DNA of 64,000 bases from Chiloscyllium plagiosum (lineage: Eukaryota). Within the stretch, counting starts at the first letter, position 1. Each line of letters begins with the position of its first letter. The notes under the pieces are model-generated. The model was not told the origin of the DNA, ran no database searches, and was given only the letters and a program-made list of their open reading frames with translations. Position numbers and translations under genes: made by a program. The DNA is taken from the NCBI RefSeq assembly GCF_004010195.1, contig NC_057719.1:54275926-54339925 (forward strand), in the 5' to 3' direction. Below, one piece after another: positions 26,560 to 40,279 of the stretch.

Positions 26560-28565
26560 TGCAAAAAGAAAAACCTACTCAGTTGCTGTCTCAAAGCCAA
26601 CCAGGTCATGCTCAACCAACAGGAACCACAGCACCTTCACTGTCCTTAATCCATCAAGAACAGCACTTTTGAGAAGACTTAGTGTTTCTCTGTCAAGTCT
26701 AGTTTTATGAGAACAGGCAAGAGATCCAGGAGCCACTGAATAGCAAGCGTAAAGCATTCTTGAGCTGGAAATAATACCAATACTCAAGGAAAGAAAGTGG
26801 ATCTAAAGCCAAATGAAGGCCAAGAACCAACAAGACAGCCAGTACAGATGGAAGCCCTGGTGAAATTCCAAAATACAATGGAGAAACACTCATAGCATAC
26901 ATACCTAGACTTCACCTCTCTCATCTGGAAGGAGGAGAGCATGCCAGAGGATCTCTGAGATGCTGCAATTGAAGATAAATTGTGCTAACGACAGTGGTGT
27001 ATTCTTCCATCGCAGGGAAAATCATTGTAAAAATCCTCCTCAATTGCTTTTCAAAGGCAAAACAGCTCTTGCCAGAGTTGCAATGTGGATTCCATGCATT
27101 AAGAGGCATTGTGGATATAATCTTTGCAGCATGGCAAATTCAAGAAAGTGCAAACAGTGGCAAACTCTACACACAGCCTTTTAAGACCTCACAAAGTCTT
27201 CATCCCTACCTATTAGATCGAAATTTGTGCCTCTTTCTTGAATTTGGTAGCTCACAGAATATCATCTATGCTATACATTGGATCATCACCAATGGATAAC
27301 CACTGATCCAAATCGAGAGTGTTGTGCCTGCTGTGTTTTTCCAGTACCACACTCTTGACTCTAATCTCCAGCATCTGCAGTCCCCACTTCAACCACTGAT
27401 CCAATATGTATACAAATGGGGGTCAAGTACGGATATGTCATCATAACAACTCTCCAGCTTTGTTATCACAATACTCTTCCAAAACACTCATGGTGATTCC
27501 CACTGGCATGGCATTAATCAACAAGGTGGATGGGAAACTGTTCAAACTGAGCTGCCTCTAGTGCAGGACCAAGACTACCCCAATCTCTATGATCAAGCAG
27601 CAGTATGACACTTGCCTGTACACAGACTTAGAAGTCAAGCTCCAATTTAGAATTGGAACATTCATGGAAGCAAAAGAGAAAAATGGACCTTAGCTGAAAC
27701 AGCTGGAAGATAAGGATTCTTGATCAGTACTCTCCTACTGCACGATACTCTCCACCATCAAGTCCACAGAAAGTGACTAGAACATGCAGATCAATTTCCA
27801 CATCTTAGGAATCTCTTCTTAACAAGCACAGACATTGTGAATATGAAATTTAATGTCACTTCCAGTGTGCCAATTCAAAAATTATGTATCTGAAGAGTGG
27901 AGTGTTTGATGACAAGGACTCAAATCTGATGCTGAGCTTCTGGCTACAGGGCTGCAGCGTTACCAATCATCTTGTATACATCAGGGACATAGGCAATGTA
28001 TAGCAGACATCTTAAACTGCTTAAGGAATATCACGAGGGATACCTCTGCAAAACCCTACAAATCCATTGCTAGCATAGGCATTCCAACATCAGCATTCTC
28101 CCTCAGGCAAACATGCCAAATATTGAGGCATTGGATTCATCAATCGGCTGTATTGGGTGGGCCATATCCTCCACATAGCAAGATCCTAATTCCAAGCTTC
28201 AATATAGCAAATGGTAAACTGTAAGGCAGAGGAAATGCTTCAAGAATGTCCTTGAGTCCTTTCTGAAAAGATGCAATCTTCCCATCAACCCATGGGAATC
28301 TCTAGCCCAAGACTGCACAATCTGGAGAAGAAGCATCTGTGAAGAATCTGACTATTTTGTGCATTTCTGACAAGCTTAGATGAAAACAAGCACAAATACA
28401 GGAAAAAGCATACATCTCATCCACCAACTTCAGTAAACACCACCTACCCTACTTGTGTCAGGGTTTGTGAATCAGGCATTGGAATTGTTTGATGAAAACA
28501 GCCCCACAACACCAGAATGGAAGAAAGTCACCCAGAATACTGAGGGAATGCCTGGGAAGAGAAAG
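26560..28565 (+). mobile_element. Degraded RTE-clade LINE
   Basis: SIAGKIIVKILLN..LPELQCGFHALRGIVDIIFAAWQIQE; GVKQG-like motif at ~27420; F.YLG and L.W.GH remnants. Confidence 0.75.
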
Positions 28566-29462
28566 AGATCATGCCCTACCATCTTGACTAATACTTAATG
28601 GGACAAAGTTATTTAGAGTCTATGAAACTATCAGCAGATCAGATGTCCTCTATGGCAAGAGAAACAAAGTTAACATTTAAGGTCAATTACATTTTACAAA
28701 AATTGAATAAAGATCAAGAGTTATCAGTTTTCAGCAAATACAGACAAAGAAGGCGGGGGTGAGAGGGAGACAAGCTGCATGGTTGTGGGGAAGGATAAAA
28801 AAATTTTTGCAATAGAGCCAAAGGCAGGAGTGAACTTATTGGTTTTTGTATATTACTGTTACTGGTTGATTCATCCCAAAGAGGTTACTGTAGAACATAT
28901 AGGCTATTTAGTAAATCATTTAAAACTTTTCGTACTTCAAACCAACAATGGCAATTCGGGCTATTATGCAGGGCAAAAGTGAGGACTGCAGATGCTAGAA
29001 ACCAGAGTCTAGATCAGAGTGGTGCTGGAAAAGCACAGCAGGTCAGGCAGCATCCGAGGAGCAGGAGGAGGAGGAAGAATTGCAGTATGGAAAATGTTTT
29101 GTTTTTAATCTCTCATGCCTTCTACCCAATCACAAAATGTCCCTTTGGTTCTTTCTCGATATCATACCACTTTTCTGCCTCTGATTTACACAGTCTGCCA
29201 TATCTCTGTTTCTTGTTCTGACAAAACATCACTGACCTGAATTGTTAACTCCATTTATGTCTCCAGAGATGCTGCCAGATGTGCTGTGTTTTTCCGGAAT
29301 TTTCATTTTATAATCCAGGTTTCTAACATCTAAAGTACTTTTCACTTACATAAGTTAGTTATCTAATGTTAAATGAATATTTATCTAACAGTGGCAATAA
29401 TTAAATGTTATGTCTAAAAAAGAGAAAAACAACACAGTTTCTAAAATTCTTAACAACAAAGT

Positions 29463-29760
29463 GATTAGATTACTTTACAGTGTGGAAACAGGCCCTTTGG
29501 CCCAACAAGTCCACACCGACTCGCCGAAGCACAACCCACCCATACCCCTAACCTAACACTACGGACAATTTAGCATGGCCAATTCACCTGACCTGCACAT
29601 CTTTGGACTGTGGGAGGAAACCGGAGCACCCGGAGGAAACCAACGCAGACACAGGGAGAATGTGCAAACTCCGCACAGTCCGTCGCCTGAGGCGGGAATT
29701 GAACCCAGGTCTCTGGCGCTGTGAGGCAGCAGTGCTAACCACTGTGCCACCGTGCCACCC
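29463..29760 (-). mobile_element. HE1-type SINE, well preserved
   Basis: Complete head, body and tail on the minus strand; many CpGs retained. Confidence 0.92.
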
Positions 29761-29849
29761 ACATGGTTGAAACAATTAACAGAATTATAATGCAATGTGT
29801 TCAAAAACAAATTCAGCTTAATCTATGACCAGCATATAACCATAAAGGA

Positions 29850-30650
29850 AATGAGGTCTATTTACTAAATAAAAAAGCCAATAAAAAAGCAAGTGTTAAT
29901 ATAAAACTAAAGAAAAGAACCTACAGAGGTACAAAAAATAGTGGAAGGAATATCAATACTAGCAAAATAAAACAAAATGTTTGGAAGAACCACAAATGGC
30001 AAATATGAAAACAAATGAGTGGGGAAAATCAAGATCAGCATGTTTAATTTTGGTAATTATATTAAAGGAAAAAAATGCTAGTAAAGGGAAATATAGGCCT
30101 TTTATAAGTGGGATTATTACAAATGAAAATAAGACAATGTCAGCTTTGCTGAATGATTATTGAGAGTCAGTTTTCACGTAAGTAATAACACACTGGATAT
30201 CCCGGGAAAATAATAATGAATCAAGGATTTTAACCCAATGGTGTAATCAGAAACAAGACTGTACTAAACCAGAGATATAAATACTTTTAAATAAAACCAG
30301 TCATAAACTTTCTAATTAGAGTTTCACTTAAACAAACCACACATCATAAAACTCTCCAACCTGCTGGCTGATTGTTTAATTCACACACACACATTTTAAC
30401 ACAATTAACTAATTAGGTCACAACACCATTTAGCCTTACCTTTAACTCCTGGGCATTTAAAATCTTATTAACAGAATTAGATACCAGGAAAGACACTTGT
30501 ATTAGAAAGAATTATAGCATTCAAGATTGATTTTACCACCCTAGGATACTAAAGTTAGTAAATGGGGAAATTACAGATGTTTTAGTCAGAATATTTCAAA
30601 GTTTTCTAATTTAAGAATCATCAGACTCATCCAATTAGATGTATCAACAT
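29850..30650 (+). mobile_element. Highly degraded CR1 ORF2 remnants
   Basis: LLNDY..SVF remnant near 30150 and HPRILK-like remnant near 30540. Confidence 0.45.
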
Positions 30651-30859
30651 TTAATTTGGGTAATGGTTACAAAGTCTCAAAGAATGTGGAAAATTTACCA
30701 ACCAGATAGAAAAACTAAAGCAGTATGACTGCTCTTTGTGAGGGTTTCAGCACCTCCTAGGATTGAAGAGATCCAACAGACACTGTTTTCACTAGTTTAT
30801 CTCCCATATATAGCAAAATTTAATCCACTCAAATAGGACAATTCCTTCTTTTATCATTT

Positions 30860-31270
30860 CCTAGGTGACCTCAATCTTCTTGTTAAGAATGAGCTGTCCT
30901 GCAATGAGTAACCTCAAGTTACAAGGAACTGTAAAGCTACATTGAAAACATTGATATATGTATCTGCAACAGACACCTGGGAATCACTGACTCAAGATGG
31001 TCCAAAGTAGAGGAAGAGCATCCGGGAAGGTGTCAAGCACCTCAAGACTTGCCATCGGGTAAAAATGGAAGCCATGCGAAAATAGAGAAAGGAGAGTGCT
31101 GCCATACCAATACCCCACCCACCCCCTCCCATGACCACCACCTGGCCTAAGTCTAACAGAGCCTGTGATAGCCGTATCAGTCTATACAGCACCTACAGAC
31201 TCACCATGAGAGTGGAAGGGAGTCATCTTCGTCTGCAAGGGACCATTGATGATGACGACGATGATGATAT
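30860..31270 (+). mobile_element. RTE-type LINE 3' end
   Basis: DTWESL.QD..KW, C-terminal CCHH remnant (C..RISLYSHLQTH) and (gat)n tail. Confidence 0.7.
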
Positions 31271-32089
31271 CAATCTGCAAAATTGTATTTAACCTATTAT
31301 TCAGTGTTTATGAGTTATAATGGGATGGAACATTATTCAAGTTCCTAGTAGTGAAGTGTCCCATCAGATATTGTAAGTCAGCTCACCAAGTTGATGAGAA
31401 CAAAAATTGTCTGACAAGACAAAATAAGGATGAAATAGTCCTGCTCCTTCAGCATAATCACCATATATGACTGATAAACAGAACAAAATAATTAAAGGTT
31501 AGAACATGTTGAGATATGCAGCTCCCATAACAAAATAATTAAATAATTGTACAAGAAATGTGGAGAATTAGACAATCAAAAGGTATACAGGGAGGGCTCT
31601 TGCTACTTAAACTTGGTAAGACTCTCAGTAACAGTCAAAAACTCACAATCTTTCAAAACTTGATTTGATCACTTTGGTTTGTGGGGAAAGAAATTTCGAT
31701 ATGTGCTGACCATATGACCATTAACATTGTTAAGCTATTGGTGCCTTTGTAATAAAAATATGTTCAATAACAAATTATAGCCTCAACTTTGAGGGATCAC
31801 GTCTCTAGATTCATGCAAAGGACCAGTCAGCCCATCTTAGTTCATCATTTCAGCAATATCATACCACCCACCCATTGCTGCATCCAATTGATTTTTAAAT
31901 ATTTCCTGGGAGTTTTTCCTCCACTATCACATATATTAACCATTGTTTACATTCAGAAGAATTTCTATATCGCTGCCCTAAAAGTTCATTGTATCAAATT
32001 CATATTTCCTTTTTTGTTAATACAAAGAAGTATCAGAAGAAATGTAAAACACACTCTTGATTCACAATCACTCATTGTACAAAACAGCA

Positions 32090-32730
32090 TAAAATCAAAA
32101 TCAATGCAGGAAAGTAAGGACATCCATTTAAATCTAAGAAAGACAGAATGGAATGTGTTTCTAATGGTAACGGACTGAAAGCTGTGAAAGAGCAAAGAGA
32201 TTTAGGTGTCCATGCATATAAATCACTCAAATCTTGTGCATAGGGACAAGAATTAATCAAAAAAGCTAATGGATTGCAGACCTTCATGTTGATTTCGGAA
32301 TAATAATGTTTGAGATATTTAGAGCCTTGGTCAGACTCTTTGAGTTCTGTATTCAGTTTTGAGCACAAAGCCTCCTGAACAATGTACTGGCCTTGAAGGC
32401 ATATACTAGATCCATCAAACTTATCTCAGAATTAAAAGTATTCAATCACAAGGTCAGACTACATGAACTTGGATTCTATTCCGGTGAATATTGCATATTG
32501 ACGTAATCCAGCCAAAGTGCTTAACATCGTTAAAAAATTTTAAGGGGTGACAAAAATGGAATTCTTTCTTCTGGCTGAGGTTCCAGAAAAAAGGGCAAAG
32601 TCTTAAAATTAGGACTAATTCATGTAGCAATGCAATTAATGACCAAGTTTTCACACAAGTGGCGATGAAAATAAGAATCTTTTGAAACATACTCCCTCAA
32701 GAGACTTGGTGACCAGGTCAATGGGAATTT
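32090..32730 (+). mobile_element. Degraded CR1 RT C-terminal fragment
   Basis: EQRDLGVH, KKANG, LVR..EFCIQF and FFTQ remnants. Confidence 0.55.
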
Positions 32731-32884
32731 TTAAGGCTTTTAAGAGTTTTTTTTGTTTCAAAAGTTTATGTGATCTTCCAAAACTCACTAGACTCTGGAA
32801 TGTTTCCCATGGATTGCAAATGAATAAGTATAATCTCACCATTCAAAAAAGGAGAGACAAATCAGGAAATAAGGGACAGATATC

Positions 32885-33689
32885 TAAAAATGACAAGTCA
32901 AAATACAGAAGGGAGATAGGGGACTTGGTGACATGGCGCAATGAGAACAACCTCTCTCTCAACATTTGCAAAACTAAAGAATTGATCATTGAATTCAGAA
33001 AGAAAAGTGGAAAACATGACCCCATCGACATCAACAGAGCTGAAGTTGAGAGGATGAAAAGTGTCAAGTTCCTTGGAGTGACGGTAACCAACAACCTGTC
33101 CTAGGCTTCCCATCTGGATGTGATGGTCAAGAAAGCACAACAATGCCTCTTCCTCCTCAGGCAGCTCAGGAAATTTGGCATGTCCATAAGGACCCTCTCC
33201 AACTTGCAGATTGAAAGTATTCTATCGGGATGCATAATGGTATGGAAACTGCTGTGCTCAGGAACATAAGAAACTACAGAAGGTGGTGAGCACAGCCCTG
33301 ATCATCTCGGAAGCCAACCTCCGATCATAGACTCAACTTACATGGCTCACTGCTGTGGAAAGGCCGCTAACATCATCAAAGACCCATTGCACTCCAGTAA
33401 TGATATCCGACAACCTCTTCCATCAGACAGAAGTCTGAACATATGGCAGCAGCAGGTTCAGGAACAGCTGTGTCCCAGCTGTTATTAGACTGAAGAATGA
33501 ACTCTCTAACCTTAAATGATGCTGATCTCGCCTGGTGCACACCCAGTGCAATGTAACCTGTATGCATCTGTCTAAGTCTTTTGATCTGTACATCCTTGCT
33601 TATAATGATCCGCCTGTACTATTTGTAACCAAAGCTTTATCACTGTACTTTGGCACACATGACAATAAATCAATCAATCAATCAATCAA
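32885..33689 (+). mobile_element. Rex1/Babar-type LINE 3' fragment
   Basis: NNLSLNICKTKELIIEFRK..VKFLGVTV, LRQLRKFG, aataaa and (aatc)n tail. Confidence 0.8.
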
Positions 33690-34369
33690 ACTCTATGCCA
33701 GTCAGCTTGATACCAGTGGCACAGAAAATCTGGTGCTTATAAAAAGAGCATGTTAATAGGACACTTGTGGAGCAATCATATTATGATTAAGTAGAGGCAA
33801 TTCAGTTTCAAGGAAGGAAAATTGTGTTTGACAGATCTATTAAAGATTTCTGAGGGTGTGGCAGACAGGATAGTTAAGGTGAATGTGATATATTTAGCTT
33901 TTCAGAAGACATGCTGTAAGTATGTCATACAAAAAGGTGATATAACAATATTGTCGCAATGGATCTGAAGTATGTCAGAAGGTGGTGCTCCTGAGTATAG
34001 AAGAGCTACCGGCCCTTATCTGGCCATCAGAGTAGACAGGACATCCAAACCCCTGAATGGCACCCAGCTTCTCATTATCAAATCCTCAAGGGCGCAACTG
34101 CTGGCTTGTTAAATGCTTGCACGCACAAGATATGGTGAGTTTTTCCCAGCACTTCCACGAGGTTTCATCCATTGTATTTAACGACAAAAGGTAGATAAGA
34201 AATGTGCCACCATTTGGGAACTTTATCCAGTGCCTGAAGGGCAGACTTTGCTATCAATTATCTATTGGCTAATTCCTTTTATTTTTGCTTAAAGAAGTCA
34301 AGAAGGGTCGAATTTTGAGGAATAAATACATTGTGATAATTTTCACCACCTAGAAACTCTTCTCCAAGC

Positions 34370-34560
34370 CATTCACCATCCTGACTTGGAAGTATACTGC
34401 TGCTGGTTCAAATTCTGAACTCCCTCCTTGGCAGCATTGTGCATGCGCCTACACAGCATGGACTGCAACAGTTCAATAAGGAAGTCACCACACCTTCTCA
34501 AGGACAACTAGGAATGGCAGGCCCAGTCGTCAAAGCTCACATCCCATGAATGGAACACAA
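34370..34560 (+). mobile_element. CR1/L2-type LINE 3' end
   Basis: cctacac..tggactgc..gttcaa..ag..caccac..ttctcaagg 3' terminal motif; a related copy lies at ~60850-61015. Confidence 0.55.
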
Positions 34561-36842
34561 AATATCTCAGGTATTGAAAAGGAGACTCTACACACAGACT
34601 TACTCAGGTTGCATAAATTGGCAGAGTGGCAAGGAGAGAAGGTGAGGTGAAGCGAGAGTTGCCGGGAAGGGTAGGTTTTCCCACTTAAAAAGGGACTTAC
34701 CTTGGGAGTCGGGCCTCCATTTTGACAGAGCGGTGAGGGGAGAAGGTGAAGTGAAGCGAGGGCTGCTGGGAAGGTAAGGGCTTAATTTATATTTGGGCAG
34801 TGGCTAAACCCGAGATACTGCACATGTAGTATCTCCCTCCCGCCCCCTCCTCTAACCAGAAGAAAAAGACCTTGTAAGGTAAGGCTTTTTTTGTATCTTT
34901 CTTTTTCATATATTTAAGTACATTGTTTGGTTTTAGTTAGTTCATATAAAGCTAAACTTACAATGGCAGGAGACCTCAGACCTGTGTCATGTGCCTCTTG
35001 CTTGATGTGGAAGCTTAGGAATGTGTCTGACATTCCTGACTCTTACACTTGCCAGAAGTGTGTCCAGCTGCAGCTGTTGTTTGACCACATGACGGCTCTG
35101 GAGCTGCAGATGGACTCACTGTGGAGCAACTGTGATGCTGAGGAGGTCGTGGATAGCACGTTTAGTGAATTGGTCACACCGCAGGTTAGGATTGCTGAGG
35201 GAGACAGTGAATGGGTGACCAAAAGACAGAAAAAGAGTAGGAAGGCAGTGCAGGTGTCCCCTGCGGTTATCTCCCTCGAAAACAGGTATACCGTTCTGGA
35301 TACTGTTGAGGGAGATGGCTCACTAGGGGAGGCAGCAGTTGCCAGGATCATGGCACTGTGGCAGGCACTGCTGTTCAGAAGGGCAGGAAAAAGACTCGTA
35401 GAGCCAAAAGACTCGTAGAGCCATAATTATAGGGGATCCTATTGTGAGGGGAGTGTATAGGCGGTTCTGTGGCCGAAAACTGAGACTCCCAGATGGTATG
35501 TTGCCCCCCAGGTGCTCGGGTCAGGGATGTCACCAATCGGCTGCAGAGCATTCTGGAAGGGGAGGGTGAACAGCCAGTTGTCTTGGTGTACATAGGCACC
35601 AACGATATAAGTAGAAAGTGAGATGAGGTCCTGAAAGAAGAATTCAGGAAGCTAGGAGAGAAGTTAAAGAGGAGGACCTCAAAAGTAGTGATCTCAGCAT
35701 TACTACCAGTGCCACGCGCTAGCCACCATAGAAAGGAAAAAATAGGCAGGATGATCACGTGGCTTGAGAGATGGTGTAGGAGGGAGGGGTTCTGATTTGT
35801 TGGACATTGGGACCGGTTCTGAGGAAGATGGGACTATGACAAAATGGATGGTCTGCATCTGAACCAGACTGGAACCAATGTCCTTGGGGTGTTTTTGCTA
35901 CTGCTGTTGGGGAGGTTTTAAACTAATGTGACAGGGGACTGGGAACCAGAAGGGAAAGCAAGTAGGCAGTGAGGTGGAGACTGGAGACTGCAAGAATCAT
36001 GAAGATAGCATTAATACAGGGAAGAGTAGGCAGAGAGCAGATGAGTGCAAAAGAACTGGTGGCCTGAAATGCATCCACTTTAATACAAGTATTATAGGGA
36101 GTAAGGCAGATGAACTTAGGGCTTGGATTGGTACCTGGGAGTACGACGTTATTGCAAACATAGAGACTTGGTTGAAGGAAGGGCATGATGATTGGCAACT
36201 AAATGTTCCAAGATATAGATGCTTCATACAGGACAGGGTGGGAAGTAAAAGGGGCTGGAGTTGCATTGCTGGTCAGGGATGATATCACGACTGTGCTAAA
36301 GGAGGACACTATGAAGGTCTTGGGTAGTGAGGTATTATGCGTGGAGATGAGAAATAAGAAGGGTGCAGTTACATTGTTGGGGCTGTATTACAGGCCTCCC
36401 AACAGTGAGCGTGAGGTAGAAGAACAAATAGGTAAACAGATTATGGAAAGATGTAGAGGCAATAGGGTAGTGGTGATGGGAGATTTTAATTTTCCCAACA
36501 TTGACTTGGATACACTTAGCTTAAGAGGTCTGGATGGGGTAGAATTTGTAAGAAGCATCCACGAGAGTTTTCTAGAGCAGTATGTCAATAGTCCAACAAG
36601 GGAAGGGGCCATTTTGGACCTGGTACTGGGGAACGAGCCAGGACAGGTGGTAGAAGTTGCGGTGGGGGATTTCTTTGGAAACAGTGACCACAATTCTGTA
36701 AGTTTTAGAATACTCGTAAATAAAGATGAGAGTGGTCCAAAGGGAAGCGTACTAAAATTGGCCAAGGCCAATTATATGAAAATAAGGCAGGTGCTCAGAA
36801 GGGTGGATTGGATACAGTTATTAAAAGGGAAGTCCACATTTG

Positions 36843-37278
36843 TATACCCTGGGCTTGTATACCCTTGAGTTTAGAAGACTGAGAGGGGATCTGATTGAGA
36901 CGTATAAGATTATGAAAGGATTGGACACTCTGGCAGCAGGAAACATGTTTCCGCTGATGGGTGAGTGCCGAACCAGAGGACACAGCTTAAAAATACGGGG
37001 TAGACCATTTAGGACAGAGATGAGGAGAAACTTCTTCACCCAGAAAGTGGTGGCTGTGGAATGCTCTGCCCCAGAGGGCAGTAGAGGCCTAGTCTCTGGA
37101 TTCATTTAAGAAAGAGTTGGATAGAGCTCTCAAAGATAGTGGAATCAAGGGTTATGGAAATCAGGCAGGAACAGGATACTGATTAGGAATGATCAGCCAT
37201 GATCATGTTGAATGGTGGTGCAGGCTCGAAGGGCTGAATGGCCTACTCCTGCACCTATTGTCTATTGTCTATTCTCTA
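36843..37278 (+). mobile_element. 5'-truncated CR1 of a different subfamily nested in the host CR1 ORF2
   Basis: Encodes LGLYTLEFRRLRGDLIETYK...TRGH.LK (CR1 ORF2 C-terminus) with its own 3'UTR and (ctattgt)n tail. Host ORF2 resumes as MWEAFK. Flanks atttgtat/atttatat resemble a TSD. Confidence 0.88.
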
Positions 37279-37656
37279 TTTATATGTGGGAGGCCTTCAA
37301 AGATAGGTTAAAGATAGTGCAGGGTAGGCATGTCCCGTTGAAGGCAAAGGATAGGAAGGGCCAGATTCATGAACCGTGGATGACAGAAGAAATTATACGA
37401 CTAGCCAAGAGGTAAAGGGAAGCGTACATAAGGTCTAGGCAGCTAGGTACAGAATGGGCCCTCGAGGAATATCGCAAGTGTAGGACAAGTCATAAATGAG
37501 AAATCAAGCGGGCTAAAAGGGGTCATAGATTTAGCGAGTAGAATCAAGGAGAATCCCAAAGCATTTTATTCTTATATCAGAAGCAAGCGGGTAACTAGGG
37601 AAAGCATTGATCCACTAAAGGATAATGAAGGAAGGCTGTGTGTTGAACCTGAGTGA

Positions 37657-39132
37657 ATGGGTGAGATTCTGAATGATTACTTTTCATCAGTGTTCACTGA
37701 GGAGAGGTACATTATGAATCTTGAGATTAAAGATAGAAGTTTGATTAATCTGGATCACGTTGACATAAGTAGGGAAGATGTGTTGGGTAGGCTAGAGGTT
37801 ATTAAGATGGACAAATCCCCCGAACTAGATGGGATCTATCCCAGGTTGCTAAGGGAAGCGAGAGAGGAGATAGCTGGGGCCCTGACAGATATCTTTGTGG
37901 CCTCCTTAAATACAGGTGAGGTGCCGGAGGACTGGAAGGTTGCTCATGTTGTCCCCCTGTACAAGAAGGGTAGTAGGGATATTCCGGGTAATTACAGACC
38001 AGTGAGCCTGACGTCGGTGGTGGGGAAGTTGCTGGAGAGGGTACTGAGGGATAGGATCTATTTATATTTAGAAAAGAATGGGATTATCAGTGATAGGCAA
38101 CATGGTTTTGTGCGGGGAAGATTGTGCCTTACCAACTTAATAGAGTGCTTTGAGGAAGTGAGCAAGTTGATAGATGAAGGAAGGGCTGTTGATGTCATAT
38201 ACATGGACTTTAGTAAGGCATTTGATAAGGTTCCCCATGGTAGACTAATGGAGAAAGTGACATCATATGGTTTGCAGGGTGTTCTAGCTATGTTGATAAA
38301 GAACTGGTTGAGCAACAGGAGACAGAGAGTAGTAGTTGAAGGAAGTTTCTCGAAATGGAGAAAGGTGACCAGTGGTGTTCCACAGGGGTCAGTATTAGGG
38401 CCACTGTTGTTTGGAATATACATAAATGATCTGGAAGAGGGCACTGTTGGTATGATCAGCAAGTTTACAGATGACACGAAGATTGGTGGAGTAGCAGAAA
38501 GCATAAGGGACTGTAAAAGAATACAAGAGGATATACATAGACTGAAGAGTTGGGCAGAAAAGTGGCAGATTGATTTAAATCCAGACAAATGTGAGGTGAT
38601 GCATTTAGGCAAGAATAATTCTACAGCGAATTATACAATGAACGGAACAGCCTTGGGAAAAGTTGGTGGGCAGAGAGATCTGGAAGTGGAGGTCCATTGT
38701 GCCCTGAAGGTTGCTGCACAGGTGGATAGAGTGGTCAAGAAGGCATATAGTATGCTTGCCTTCATTGGACGGGGTATTGAGTATAAAAGCTGGCAAGTCA
38801 TGTTAAAATTATACAAGACTTTGGTTCGGCCACATTTAGAATACTGTGTACAGTTCTGTTCGCCACATTACCAAAAGGATGTGGACGCTTTGGAGAGGGT
38901 GCAGAGAAGGTTTACGAGGATGTTGCCTGGTATGGAAGGTGCTAGCTATGAAGAGAGGTTGAGTAGGTTAAATTTGTTTTCATTTGAAAAAAGGAGATTG
39001 AGGGGGGACCTGATTGAGGTTTACAAAATCATGAAGGGCATAGACAGGGTGGATAGAGACAAGCTTTTTTCCCAGGGTAAAGAATTCAATAATGAGAGGT
39101 CATGGTTTCAAGGTGAGAGGTGGAAAGTTTAA
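37657..39132 (+). pseudogene. Uninterrupted 491-aa reverse transcriptase segment of CR1 ORF2
   Basis: ORF track shows all CR1 RT motifs. Upstream ORF2 is broken by stops and a nested insertion; catalytic motif reads FTDD instead of the usual FADD. Confidence 0.85.
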
Positions 39133-40279
39133 GTGGGATACACAGAGGGTGATGGGCGCCTGGAACGCGTTGCCAGCAGAGGTGGTACGGTAGATTCATT
39201 TAAGATGCGTCTGAACAAATGCATGAGTAGATGGGGAGCAGAAGGATACAGATGCTTAGGAATTGAGCGACAGGTTTAGAGAGTAGATTTGGATCGGCTC
39301 AGGCTTGAAGGGCCGAAGGGCCTGTTCCTGGGCTGTAAATTTTCTTTGTTCTTTAGTACATTGATTCCTGTGGAGGTAATTGAAGGCATTTTCAGTGGAA
39401 GTTTGCAACAATGTAGGTGTCATTGATGGCAACCTAGATCTTGAGAAATGCCACAAAATACATTGATGCTACTTCACAGAGGTTTTGCCACGTTGCCAAA
39501 GGTAACCAGTGCCTTAAGAGTTAATTAGTTACAAGACCAACACGTGCCTACATTACCCATTGGCTGATGCTAGAGAGATTACCCTTGACGACCTGAAATG
39601 AACCTACAACATTAAATTAATGTTTACAGTGCTAGTCGTGTGGCAGATGAGCAAATTTATAATTTGTTATGCATGTTGTGTTAGAACTGCATGACAGTTT
39701 CAATACAATGTGACACTTTTGTCACATATAATTCCTCAATAACACACTTCAATGATCAATAGAAAAATAAATCCTGTGAGGTGCATCCTCCTTAAATGTT
39801 GCCTAACTCATCTTCCAGTGATTCCTGATAAAGGGCTCTAGCCTGAAACGTCGATTCTCCTGCTCTTCAGATGCTGCTTACTGCTTTTCCATTACCACAC
39901 TCTCGATTCCAATGCTGTCCCTCCATCAACATGATTATGAGTGTACACATGTAGAATACCCTATATGCGACAAGTGACCCTCACTGTGAAAGTCTAATGA
40001 GGGTATGATCCTAACGTGAGCAGAAGGAAGCAAGTCCATATCTGTTTAGGCAGAATGTCAATACATAATTACCATAAAAGTCATTTGTCGATGCAAAAAA
40101 ATTTAATGGAGTTTTCAGGCTCAGAAACTCCTTATTTGCACCTGACTCAGCAGCTTTAATTATTATTTTCAGTTTACCTTACCCAAAATGCCTCAAAGAA
40201 ACTCACAGCTGCGCTACTAATTCACCTCATTAGCACAAATTGAAGCATTTTCAAGTCTCAGCAAGGGGAACACAAAAAA

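Larger units (their letters stand above)
34630..39355 (+). mobile_element. Near-full-length decayed CR1 LINE (5'UTR, ORF1, ORF2 APE+RT, 3' tail)
   Basis: ORF1 from ~34963 has CASC...CQKC zinc knuckle and SGNH esterase motifs (IIGDPIVR, PGARV, IGTND, DGLHL). ORF2 has APE motifs (ETWL, GLYYRPP, GDFNFP, LDLVL, SDH) and RT (NYRPVSL, DFSKAFDKV, GVPQGS, FTDD). Tail tctttgttcttt. Contains stops and frameshifts. Confidence 0.93.

Noticed and set aside
29690..29760. tRNA genes at SINE heads (also ~3890, 4520, 11250, 21860, 61820)
   Set aside because: A/B boxes run directly into the SINE body; no complete cloverleaf is evident.
37657..39132. Active or domesticated reverse transcriptase gene
   Set aside because: It lies in a CR1 copy with upstream stops, a nested insertion and a C-terminal frameshift.
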